Shown here piece by piece: positions 37,518 to 45,683 of a stretch of 64,000 nt of DNA. Made by a program: the position numbers and the translations under genes. The notes beneath the pieces were generated by a model. The model saw nothing but the letters and a program-made list of their open reading frames with translations, was not told where the DNA came from and ran no database searches. How positions within the stretch are numbered: the first letter of the stretch is position 1; each line of letters starts with the position of its first letter. The DNA is from an uncultured Synergistales bacterium (lineage in GTDB: Bacteria; Synergistota; Synergistia; Synergistales; Aminobacteriaceae): the NCBI GenBank assembly GCA_905235735.1, contig CAJOMU010000002.1:12482-76481 (forward strand), written 5' to 3'.

Positions 37518-39609
37518 GACAGATTAAGTTCATGGCCTCAGAAAAATTTTTTTGCTTCAACATAAAATTCTCTGCGTCATCTTTCAGTGCAGACATTGAT
37601 GCACGCCTGCATATCAGTGCAATATCTCCGCCTGTCATGCCTTCAGTCATGCCTGCAAGTTCTTGAATGCTCACGTCTTCATTTAATGGTTTCTTGCGCA
37701 ATAATATCCTGAAGATTTCTTCACGTGCTTTTATGTCCGGCAATGGAAGTTCAATTTTCATATCAAACAGTCCCGATGATAAGAGAGACTTATCAACTAA
37801 ATCAATTCTGTTTGTCGCCGCGAGAACTGTTACACCGTTAAGCTCCTCAATTCCTCGCATCTCACTCATGAACTGTGCGGTCAGTCTGCTCTCAGTTGAT
37901 GCAAATGCACTCGATGAACCCTCTTTGCGTTCAGGGAATAATGATTCAATTTCATCAAAGTATATTATCGATGGTGCAGCTTGTTTCGCAACACGAAATA
38001 TGTCTTTCAACGCACGTTCTGATTCGCCGAGATAACGTGATAGGACGTTCGCACTCTGTACACTGATGAAGTTTATTCCGCTTTCATGTGCAAGTGCCTT
38101 TGCAAGTAACGTTTTGCCTGTTCCTGATTTACCATAGAGCAATATCCCTTTAACGGGCTGAATATCATAACGTTCAAATATCTCCGAATGCGATAACGGC
38201 CATGTTACTGCATTCATGAGTTCCGTCTTGATGTCTTCAAGTCCGCCGATGTCCTTCAGTGTTACGTCTGGAATCTCAACGAATACTTCACGTGTAGCAG
38301 ACGGTTCTGTTTCGAGCAGTGCGTTCATGAAGTGCTTCATGCTGACTTCGAGACCTGCAACCTTCTCATACGGAATATCCTGCTCATGAAAATTCACGTA
38401 TGGCAGTATATCCCTCACACAGGACATGGCCGCTTCCTTTGCTAATGCTTCGAGGTCTGCCCCAACGAATCCATGAGACATATCGGCAATGCGTTTAAGG
38501 TCAACATCATGTGCTAAAGGCATTCCTCGTGTGTGAATGCGCAATATTTCAAGTCTTCCTTTTCTGTCTGGTATTGGAATCTGAATCTCACGGTCAAATC
38601 TTCCTGGTCTCCTGAGTGCAGGGTCTAACGCATTGGGAATGTTTGTAGCTCCGATTACGATTAGCTGACCTCTTGATTTCAGTCCGTCCATTAATGCGAG
38701 TAACTGCGCAACTACTCTTCGTTCAACCTGTTTTTCTCCGCCCATGTCCTCGCGTTTTGGTGCTATTGCGTCAATCTCATCAATGAAGATTATCGATGGT
38801 GCTCTGTCCTGTGCTTCCTCGAATATATTTCTCAGTCTCTCTTCACTTTCGCCGTAGAACTTTCCGATTATCTCAGGGCCTGATATGTGAGTGAACCATG
38901 CATCAGTTTCATTCGCAACTGCACGGGCGATTACAGTCTTGCCTGTTCCTGGAGGGCCATACAATAACACTCCGCGAGGGGGCTGAATCCCAAGACGTTC
39001 AAATATCTGCGGAAATCTCAAAGGGAGTTCAATCATCTCACGAACTTTCCTAATCTGCGAACTCAATCCGCCAATATCTTCATATGTAACTTTATGTGCA
39101 TGTTTTGATTCTAATGGCTTTAGGAGATTCAGATACGTTGACTTGTTGATTATGACCGTGCCTTCAGGAGTTGTCGCTGTAACGAAGAAATCACATACTC
39201 TTGTCCCGAAGAAATTCAAGCGTACTCTGTCGCCTGCCCTTAATACCTGACCTTCAAGCAATGACAATATATAATTCTCGTCTTTTTCCTTGTCTGAAAG
39301 TTTTACGTCTCCTAACGGCTGAAGTGATGCACTTCCTGCGAAGTGATGTGTTACATTGCTCTCAACTGTTACTATGTCATCAAGAGATACTGCTGCATTC
39401 TCTCGAATCAATCCGTCTATCTGAATTATTCCGCGTCCTGTCTCACGGTCTCCTGTTCTGATTCTTGCTGATGTAGTTTTTGTGCCGGTTATCTCTATGA
39501 TGTTTCCGTCTGTGAGGTTCATCAGAAGCATATCATCAGGGTGTATTCTGGCAAGTCCTCTGAGTGCGTCTCCTGAATATGCTTCTTTCACTGTAAATTT
39601 TTTCTGCAT
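37510..39609 (-). CDS. CDC48/VCP/p97-type AAA+ ATPase (N-domain plus D1 plus D2)
   Basis: Two Walker A motifs (GPPGTGKT and GKSGTGKT), two Walker B motifs ([16 protein letters not shown]) and a CDC48-like N-domain. 699 aa. Confidence 0.85.
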   Translation of the reverse strand: MQKKFTVKEAYSGDALRGLARIHPDDMLLMNLTDGNIIEITGTKTTSARIRTGDRETGRGIIQIDGLIRENAAVSLDDIVTVESNVTHHFAGSASLQPLGDVKLSDKEKDENYILSLLEGQVLRAGDRVRLNFFGTRVCDFFVTATTPEGTVIINKSTYLNLLKPLESKHAHKVTYEDIGGLSSQIRKVREMIELPLRFPQIFERLGIQPPRGVLLYGPPGTGKTVIARAVANETDAWFTHISGPEIIGKFYGESEERLRNIFEEAQDRAPSIIFIDEIDAIAPKREDMGGEKQVERRVVAQLLALMDGLKSRGQLIVIGATNIPNALDPALRRPGRFDREIQIPIPDRKGRLEILRIHTRGMPLAHDVDLKRIADMSHGFVGADLEALAKEAAMSCVRDILPYVNFHEQDIPYEKVAGLEVSMKHFMNALLETEPSATREVFVEIPDVTLKDIGGLEDIKTELMNAVTWPLSHSEIFERYDIQPVKGILLYGKSGTGKTLLAKALAHESGINFISVQSANVLSRYLGESERALKDIFRVAKQAAPSIIYFDEIESLFPERKEGSSSAFASTESRLTAQFMSEMRGIEELNGVTVLAATNRIDLVDKSLLSSGLFDMKIELPLPDIKAREEIFRILLRKKPLNEDVSIQELAGMTEGMTGGDIALICRRASMSALKDDAENFMLKQKNFSEAMNLICHD

Positions 39610-39645
39610 GTTATCCCTTCAATTACTGACGTGATATAATGAAAG

Positions 39646-39756
39646 CGTCCGGGGAAGCGACGGACAAAGTAATTTGGTTATCGGCTGAGGGTGCATCCTC
39701 AACCAAATGAACCAAGATTACAACTAAAGTGGTTAAAGACGCGTTATTTCTTTATT
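39646..39756 (+). ncRNA. Candidate cis-antisense RNA 1, convergent with small ORF 1
   Basis: A perfect TGATATAAT (39632-39640) precedes it. It has a 5' hairpin at 39647-39665 and a second hairpin TTTGGTT..GAGG..CCTC..AACCAAA. A weak stem AACCA/TGGTT plus a T-rich tract overlaps the stop codon of small ORF 1. The 3' end is uncertain. Confidence 0.35.
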
Positions 39757-39827
39757 GAGTAAATGAGAGCAGCGATTGCATGAATTAATTTCGCAATGGC
39801 TTCAATGAACTTAGTCCATTCCCTCAT
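39744..39827 (-). CDS. Small ORF 1: 27-aa amphipathic peptide MREWTKFIEAIAKLIHAIAALIYSIKK (candidate type I toxin or delta-lysin-like peptide)
   Basis: ATG at 39827 lies 6 nt after the SD-like AAAGGGGTGAGAG; TAA is at 39746-39744. It occupies the same position relative to the conserved leader as small ORF 2. Confidence 0.5.
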   Translation of the reverse strand: MREWTKFIEAIAKLIHAIAALIYSIKK

Positions 39828-39952
39828 TGCTCTCACCCCTTTCTAGCGGGGGAAGATTAAATCCTTCAGCGACAACCCCACGTTGGAATTGCCGGGGGCT
39901 TCCCTAATTCACAATACTTTTAACAGCTCGTGAACTGAATCGTATTTTATCA
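39828..39952 (-). promoter_or_regulatory. Module 1 minus-strand extended -10 promoter and ~110-nt structured leader
   Basis: TGATAAAAT on the minus strand (39952-39944). In the leader, GGGAAG...CTTCCC and CCCC(C)G...CGTGGGG can pair, and a CCCC tract can pair with the GGGG of the SD. Confidence 0.5.
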
Positions 39953-40010
39953 CACAAAAATTTACCTTCCTGATTGCGTTTATCAGATTGATGGCGTGTT
40001 ATAATGAGTG

Positions 40011-40112
40011 GTGTCCGGGGAAGCAACGGACAGAATAACTTGGTTGCGAACTGAGGCTGCCACCTCAATCTGCAGAGCCAAGTAGAATTGATTGATTAAT
40101 GGCTACTTTTTA
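40011..40112 (+). ncRNA. Candidate cis-antisense RNA 2, convergent with small ORF 2
   Basis: A perfect TGTTATAAT (39997-40005) precedes it. It has a 5' hairpin at 40013-40031 and a hairpin ACTTGG..GAGG..CCTC..CCAAGT. The stem AGTAG/CTACT plus TTTTT (40081-40111) overlaps the stop codon of small ORF 2. Confidence 0.35.
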
Positions 40113-40210
40113 TCTCTTGAGCGAATTAGCTCGGTCAACGCTCTGATTACTTCAGCGAGGTGCTTTAACACTTTTGCTAAAGCGTTCAAGAGTTCGACGA
40201 GGGTCTTCAC
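40103..40210 (-). CDS. Small ORF 2: 35-aa amphipathic, heptad-like peptide (GTG start) MKTLVELLNALAKVLKHLAEVIRALTELIRSRDKK
   Basis: GTG at 40210 lies 6 nt after AAAGGGGTGAGAG; TAG is at 40105-40103. It is the positional equivalent of small ORF 1. Confidence 0.45.
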   Translation of the reverse strand: MKTLVELLNALAKVLKHLAEVIRALTELIRSRDKK

Positions 40211-40336
40211 GGCTCTCACCCCTTTCTGGCGGGGGAAGATATGATTTCCTCAGCGACAACCCCCCGCTTGAATTGCCGGGGGCTTCCCTAATTCACAATA
40301 CTTTTAACAGCTCGTGAACTGAAATGTATTTTATCA
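40211..40336 (-). promoter_or_regulatory. Module 2 minus-strand extended -10 promoter and ~111-nt structured leader
   Basis: TGATAAAAT on the minus strand (40336-40328). The leader is nearly identical to module 1, and differences inside the CCCCCG/CGGGGG stem keep the pairing. Confidence 0.5.
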
Positions 40337-40398
40337 CAACAAAAATTTACCCTCCCGATTGCGTTTATCAAGAGGGCATCATGATTCGATTCTCTGAA

Positions 40399-41256
40399 TT
40401 ATTTTCCGTTCACTACTTCGAGAACTACATCTCTAAGCACAGGGTCTTCAAGTGCAAGCTGAATATTAGCACTTAACCAGCCCTTTTGTGTTCCGCAGTC
40501 AAACCTTCGTCCGCGATACACTACTCCGTGTACTGGTTCATACTTCAGGAGATTACGCAATGCATCCGTAAGTTGAATCTCTCCGCCTGTACCTGCATGC
40601 TGCTGCTTCAACAATGAAAAGATTGTAGGCGATAACACATAGCGTCCCATGATCGCATAATTGCTCGGTGCATCTTCAAGTTTCGGCTTCTCTACCATGT
40701 CGCTGATTTTCATTATGCCTGGCTCTTCTTCTACTCCTGCAATGACTCCGTAACGCGAAATTTTTTCAGGTTCCACAACTTCAAGTGCTACTACACTTCC
40801 TCCAAGCCTATCATGCACTTGTATCAGCTGAGACAATACAGGCACATCACTGATGAAAACATCATCAGGAAGAATAACTCCGAAGTAATCATCTTTGCAC
40901 ACAGGTTCACCGCATAATACTGCATGGCCAAGACCAAGTGGTTCTCGCTGACGAATGTATAATATCTCTGCCATGTTCGAGATCTTCAGCATCATCTCGT
41001 ACAGTTCCTTCTTGCCTCGTCTGAACAATAAATCCTCAAGCTCAAATGAACGGTCAAAGTAATTCTCAATTGAATTCTTCGCTCGTCCCGTTATCATGAT
41101 AATATCTCCGCACCCTGATGATAACGCCTCTTCAACTCCATATGATATTATTGGCCTGTTCACCAATGGCAGCATCTCTTTTGCAATTTCTTTCGTTACG
41201 GGCAGAAAACGTGTTCCTAAACCTGCAACGGGGAATAAGCACTTCTTTACACTCAT
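40399..41256 (-). CDS. galU: UTP--glucose-1-phosphate uridylyltransferase
   Basis: The N-terminus is MSVKKCLFPVAGLGTRFLPVTKEIAKEMLP. I placed the start at ATG 41256, which has a GAGGAGAAAAG RBS, rather than at the ORF-track start of 41346, which would overlap glmM. Confidence 0.9.
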   Translation of the reverse strand: MSVKKCLFPVAGLGTRFLPVTKEIAKEMLPLVNRPIISYGVEEALSSGCGDIIMITGRAKNSIENYFDRSFELEDLLFRRGKKELYEMMLKISNMAEILYIRQREPLGLGHAVLCGEPVCKDDYFGVILPDDVFISDVPVLSQLIQVHDRLGGSVVALEVVEPEKISRYGVIAGVEEEPGIMKISDMVEKPKLEDAPSNYAIMGRYVLSPTIFSLLKQQHAGTGGEIQLTDALRNLLKYEPVHGVVYRGRRFDCGTQKGWLSANIQLALEDPVLRDVVLEVVNGK

Positions 41257-41269
41257 AAACTTTTCTCCT

Positions 41270-42601
41270 CTAGCAATATTCTTCAAGCCTTGATGAAAGT
41301 ATACATGAAAGCTCTTCAACAAGTCCAATCTCTGGAGCCTCAACAAGAATTCTCAATAACGGTTCTGTTCCTGATGTCCGAATAAAAATTCTTCCGTTCG
41401 GGACTTTTCGCTCATATTCTTTCACGATTTCGTCAATTGCATTCATATCTATGTCTGCTCTTGGCCTTTTCAATTTTAAGTTCGTGAGTTTCTGAGGGTA
41501 TCTGCCGAATCTGTCAATCAATGTTGAAATATCCTCGCCTAAATCATGAATGGCATTCAGGAATAACATTGCTGTACATAAACCGTCTCCTGTGCCTGTG
41601 AAGCCGCGAGCGATAATATGACCTGACTGTTCACCTCCGATACCTGCTCCTGATTCACGCATCTTCTCAAGTACATATCTGTCTCCTACAGGACAGCGCA
41701 ACGTTTCGATTCCTTCATGTGCTAAGTGCGTTTCAAGTGCCATGTTCGACATCACAGTTACGACTGCCTTATCGTATCCCGAAAATTTGTTCTTCGCATA
41801 CCAGCGGCCAAGTACCCAGAGAATAATATCTCCGTCAATGATTCTGCCGTGCCTGTCTGAGATTAATACTCTGTCTGCATCACCATCAAACGCGAAGCCC
41901 AATGATAACTCGTTCGATTTCACGTAATCCGTTAAGTTCTTCATGTGCATAACCCCTGCAGAAGTGTTAATGTTACGGCCATGAATGTCATTCGAGATTA
42001 TATGTGCGTTGTGAGTATTAAAGACTGTGTTCCGAATCAATATCGGAACCGTTACGGCTGAAGCTCCGTTTGCACAGTCGAATACTACATCATTAATTAC
42101 TGCATCAGTATTAAGGAGCTCTGCAATGTGATTTGCATAAAGTTCAACGAGTTCAGGCATGTCTTTAACATTTCCGATTGTATGAGCATTTCTGTCAGAT
42201 GATTCGTTCATGATGTCTTCGATTGAAAGTTCTTCATCATCTGAGAGTTTGCACCCGTCTGAACCCAGAAACTTTATGCCGTTATATTCAGGAGGATTAT
42301 GCGACGCGCTTATTACTGCTCCTCCGTCAGCGTTCATGTGCTTGATTGCGAAACTGATTCCTGGCGTTGGGATTATGCCTGCAAGAATCACTTCTGCACC
42401 CTCTGAACTCATTCCAGAATACAATGCACCTTCGAGCATTCTTCCACTGTAACGTGTATCTCTTCCTATTACGATTCGCTTCCCTTGATTGAATCTTATG
42501 AATGCACTTCCGAGTTTCAATGCAATTTCTGAGGTCATGTTACCCTCATTCGCAATGTCCCGAACTCCGTCTGTACCAAATAATTTCCGTTCGCGGTTCA
42601 A
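41270..42601 (-). CDS. glmM: Phosphoglucosamine mutase
   Basis: Active-site motif SASHNPPEYNGIK, 443 aa, FGTDGVRD at the N-terminus. Confidence 0.95.
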   Translation of the reverse strand: MNRERKLFGTDGVRDIANEGNMTSEIALKLGSAFIRFNQGKRIVIGRDTRYSGRMLEGALYSGMSSEGAEVILAGIIPTPGISFAIKHMNADGGAVISASHNPPEYNGIKFLGSDGCKLSDDEELSIEDIMNESSDRNAHTIGNVKDMPELVELYANHIAELLNTDAVINDVVFDCANGASAVTVPILIRNTVFNTHNAHIISNDIHGRNINTSAGVMHMKNLTDYVKSNELSLGFAFDGDADRVLISDRHGRIIDGDIILWVLGRWYAKNKFSGYDKAVVTVMSNMALETHLAHEGIETLRCPVGDRYVLEKMRESGAGIGGEQSGHIIARGFTGTGDGLCTAMLFLNAIHDLGEDISTLIDRFGRYPQKLTNLKLKRPRADIDMNAIDEIVKEYERKVPNGRIFIRTSGTEPLLRILVEAPEIGLVEELSCILSSRLEEYC

Positions 42602-42603
42602 TT

Positions 42604-43524
42604 TTATTCTCTCCTTAAAATTTCTTCTATATCCTGATATTCATCAATCGTAAAGCGATTTTTTTCACGCATAGCGTTGAGGAGTTTCTGAATCGCTTTC
42701 TCCAGGCCGAGTTTCTCACCGATTGCAATTCCTTCAGCACGTCCTTGTTCAATGCCCTGCTCAATACCCTGTTCAATGCCTTGTTCAATGCCCTGTTCAA
42801 TGCCCTGTTCAATGCCCTGCTTAATGCCTTGTTCAATGTAAGCGTTTCTGTCGAATTTCGTAAGCATGTATACCTGCCTCCATTTTGAATTTTGTTTTGC
42901 ATATCTGAGTTTGCGTTCAAGTCTCTTCACAAACTCATCTTCCGAACTCTTTCCCCTCACAAGCTCAAGGAATGCCTTCAGTCTCGGTGAAACATCATCA
43001 GCCCTGCCCTTTGTGTTGAGAAAAATTGTTGTTGTCCCGTCGCCAAGCATCAAATCACGTTCCTGAACACAAAAATTTCTGAACGTGTATATGTGCCTTC
43101 CCAACTTGAATAAATCAAAGTTACAGATGAATATTACTATCGCTTCCGGCATCGCACTGTACGTGGTAACCTTATCGCTGTTCAGTGCATCAAGGTCTAT
43201 CATTGAATGATATGCTCTCGTCCTTTTTGGGATATTACCGCTTTTTGCTGCCTGCATTTCAACGTTGATGATTCTGTCTTTGTCATCTTGAAGATACACA
43301 TCAAATATTACACTGTTCGTATCAAGAGTTTCTTTAAGGAACTTCTGACGTTCATGCGAAACAACACGTTCTATGTTCAGTTCAGGAAGAATTATCTGCA
43401 CCAGTTCAAGACATAAATCCAAATCCTGAAATACTTTCCCAAAGATAAAATCATTCGCAAGTGTTAAATTCTCCCAGCGTTCTTCTTCCGGCAAATCAAG
43501 TTCAATATTTTTTTCTTCCGACAT
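42604..43524 (-). CDS. Rpn-family recombination-promoting nuclease / putative transposase paralog with a (QGIE)n repeat
   Basis: It is a paralog of 15838-16683 and shares WENLTLANDFIFGKV, RTRAYHS and IVIFICNFDLFKLGRHIYTFRN. The C-terminal region contains EQGIKQGIEQGIEQGIEQGIEQGIEQGIEQG. Confidence 0.75.
   Translation of the reverse strand: MSEEKNIELDLPEEERWENLTLANDFIFGKVFQDLDLCLELVQIILPELNIERVVSHERQKFLKETLDTNSVIFDVYLQDDKDRIINVEMQAAKSGNIPKRTRAYHSMIDLDALNSDKVTTYSAMPEAIVIFICNFDLFKLGRHIYTFRNFCVQERDLMLGDGTTTIFLNTKGRADDVSPRLKAFLELVRGKSSEDEFVKRLERKLRYAKQNSKWRQVYMLTKFDRNAYIEQGIKQGIEQGIEQGIEQGIEQGIEQGIEQGRAEGIAIGEKLGLEKAIQKLLNAMREKNRFTIDEYQDIEEILRRE
42743..42838. repeat. 8 x 12-bp tandem repeat (CCYTGYTYAATR) encoding the (QGIE)n tract
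   Basis: Read directly from the sequence: ccttgttcaatg / ccctgctcaata / ccctgttcaatg, and so on. Confidence 0.9.
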
Positions 43525-43593
43525 TCATTCAACCTCCCGCTTAAATATAAAAACATACCCCCTGACAAATCATATCAGAGGGCAGCTTAAAAC

Positions 43594-44829
43594 CTAATTT
43601 ATTTCTGACATGTTCACTGCTATGTTCTGCGGTTCAACTCTCGTTATCTTGAAAACATCTCCTGATGCTATTTCCGTTCTCACTGGTAACGTTACAGGTG
43701 TCATGAAGATATTCGACATGTCAACGAATGCCTTCATTCCTGCCTCATCAGGATTAAACGCCTCAATCAATGACGGTCTTCCCTCAATCGTTACGGATAC
43801 ACCTGAAGGACTGCATGAATAGTTTGTGTTCTCAGAAGCTCCGCGAATCTCTACGGGAATATTCTTGAGTTTGCGTTCTGCTCTGGCTTCTCCTAATTGC
43901 AGGTTCACACGCACCGATGTAACATTCAGTGATACACCTTCAATGTCTGGTGTCTTCAACGGAACAACGATAGCCTGATCTGATTCAAGAAGTGAGATGT
44001 CTATTACTTCAGTATCTACAGCTTCAACCTTCGATAAATTTTCACGTTCTCCTTCTATTTGAATCTCTGAAGGATCAGTTATGATTGAGCGTATTTCATA
44101 ATCTGAATTGAGTTCACCCGTAAACCTGACATTCACAGGCACTCTCTTCTTCGGCAATCCTCGCGCTAACGTCCCTCTGAATCTTACCTGTGCAGGCTCA
44201 AGCACAACAGTTCCATTAAATGGCTCTGACTGCGAAAGTTTCACGGGCATCAATAACTCTCTTCCTGATTGCAATTCCTCAATCGTAGGTGTGATTCTCA
44301 GTGCTCCTATCTTCGCTATGTCATCTTCTGCGCCTTTAACTCCTACATCTTTGGGAGTGATTTCTATTCCCTCTATGTACTGGCCTTCGGGGATATTCTG
44401 AGGCAGAACTGTTTCAACTGTCATTAAGCGTGAAACCTGACGGACTAAATCAAGAACTACCTGTGAAGGGAAGCATGAGATAAGCGAAATATTTCCGGGA
44501 GTATCGACAATCACATTCACTGTGTAACGTTTACCTGGTACTAAGTTTCTTGCGTCTATGTATGCCCTCACTGAATCATAATTCAGTCTCAGCATTTCCT
44601 GTTCAGGCCCGCGAACCTCAACATCAACCTCTGAAACTCTGCCTCTCAGTATCGCCTGTGAATCGAGTTCAAGATATTCAAGAGGACATGAAAATTTTCG
44701 GGTTATGTATTCTGCTTCGTCCATGCCGATAACGTATACCCACATTAAGACTGCCGTTGTAATTGAGATTATCCAGAGCATTAATGAAGATGATAGCATC
44801 TCATCAAAGGTCGTGTTTAATTTTCTCAT
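43594..44829 (-). CDS. cdaR: YbbR-domain protein CdaR (regulator of the diadenylate cyclase CdaA)
   Basis: N-terminal TM helix followed by repeated YbbR-like beta modules, 411 aa. It lies immediately downstream of cdaA and overlaps it by 4 nt. Confidence 0.7.
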   Translation of the reverse strand: MRKLNTTFDEMLSSSLMLWIISITTAVLMWVYVIGMDEAEYITRKFSCPLEYLELDSQAILRGRVSEVDVEVRGPEQEMLRLNYDSVRAYIDARNLVPGKRYTVNVIVDTPGNISLISCFPSQVVLDLVRQVSRLMTVETVLPQNIPEGQYIEGIEITPKDVGVKGAEDDIAKIGALRITPTIEELQSGRELLMPVKLSQSEPFNGTVVLEPAQVRFRGTLARGLPKKRVPVNVRFTGELNSDYEIRSIITDPSEIQIEGERENLSKVEAVDTEVIDISLLESDQAIVVPLKTPDIEGVSLNVTSVRVNLQLGEARAERKLKNIPVEIRGASENTNYSCSPSGVSVTIEGRPSLIEAFNPDEAGMKAFVDMSNIFMTPVTLPVRTEIASGDVFKITRVEPQNIAVNMSEIN

Positions 44830-45683
44830 TTCACAAGCCCTCCTGAATCCTGCTGATTGTTATTCCTAACCCAGAATAGTTTCAGGAATTCACGCAGTCT
44901 GCTCTTCCAGTCTGTGATCACTGGTTCCCCTACGAAATAATGCGTCAGTATTCCCTCAACCTGAAAGTCTTTGATATTCTTCGAGAGTCTCCCTTTCACT
45001 GCAAGTGATACTTCACCGCGTTCCTCTGAGACTATGAACACGATTGCATCTGATACCTGCGATATTCCAAGTGCTGCCCTGTGCCTTGTGCCGTACCACC
45101 GCGATATGTCAGGCGCATCTGCAACAGGGAGAATGCATCCTCCCGCAATGATGTTGTACTTGTCGAGGATAACTGCTCCGTCATGAAGGGGATTGTTCTT
45201 CCAGAAGATTGATATTAAGAGTTCCTGAGTGATTCGGGCGTTAAGATGTATTGCTGTCTGTGAGTACTCGCCTAATCCTACACCCTGCTGAAACACTAAA
45301 AGTGCTCCGATTTTATGTGCCTTCAGATAACTCAATGCTCCTGCTATCTGCTGTACTCTCATTGTCGCTTCATCTTCTGACATTTTCGGTTTGAGCAGAT
45401 AGAATTTCCCTTTGCCGAGTTCCTCAAGCATTTTTCTCAGTTCAGGCTGAAACACAATCGGAATTGCGAAGCCAAGTGCAAAGAGTGAACGGTTCAGAAA
45501 CCATGTGAGCAATCTCATTCGCAGGAATGACGCGATGAAATACAGAATTATGAGCATCATCACGCCCTTCACTAACTGTACTGCACGCGTCCCGACAAGA
45601 AGAATTAAAATTCTGTAGATTACGAATGAGACTATTGCAATGTCGATTATACTTCGTAAAAGAAAAATATCGAACTTCATCAC
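44826..45683 (-). CDS. cdaA: Diadenylate cyclase CdaA (membrane-anchored DAC domain)
   Basis: Three N-terminal TM helices. DAC motifs HDGAVIL and GTRHRAALGISQVSDAIVFIVSEERG. Confidence 0.9.
   Translation of the reverse strand: MMKFDIFLLRSIIDIAIVSFVIYRILILLVGTRAVQLVKGVMMLIILYFIASFLRMRLLTWFLNRSLFALGFAIPIVFQPELRKMLEELGKGKFYLLKPKMSEDEATMRVQQIAGALSYLKAHKIGALLVFQQGVGLGEYSQTAIHLNARITQELLISIFWKNNPLHDGAVILDKYNIIAGGCILPVADAPDISRWYGTRHRAALGISQVSDAIVFIVSEERGEVSLAVKGRLSKNIKDFQVEGILTHYFVGEPVITDWKSRLREFLKLFWVRNNNQQDSGGLVK

Larger units (their letters stand above)
39632..40372. repeat. Two tandem ~365-385-bp modules filling the ORF-free gap between the cdc48-like gene and galU
   Basis: Module 1 spans ~39632-39996 and module 2 ~39997-40372. 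A 52-nt run is identical between them (39888-39939 = 40272-40323). Both carry the conserved hairpin GTCCGGGGAAGC(G/A)ACGGAC (39647-39665 and 40013-40031). Confidence 0.9.

Noticed and set aside
7071-38035. Many 60-140-aa ORFs nested antisense or out of frame inside long genes, for example 7071-7454, 8405-8779, 16714-17867 (several), 19863-20228, 24604-24951, 32067-32450, 36107-36520 and 37667-38035.
   Set aside because: Each is fully contained in a gene with strong family motifs on the other strand or frame. None has a recognisable domain or RBS. This is typical shadow-ORF behaviour.
41257-41346. 30-codon N-terminal extension of galU given by the ORF track (start 41346).
   Set aside because: The extension overlaps the glmM 3' end by 77 nt and lacks an RBS. 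The internal ATG at 41256 has a GAGGAG RBS and gives the canonical GalU N-terminus. For similar reasons I moved the starts of trxA (51452), the alsD-like gene (55883), agcS (58159) and grdB (61505).
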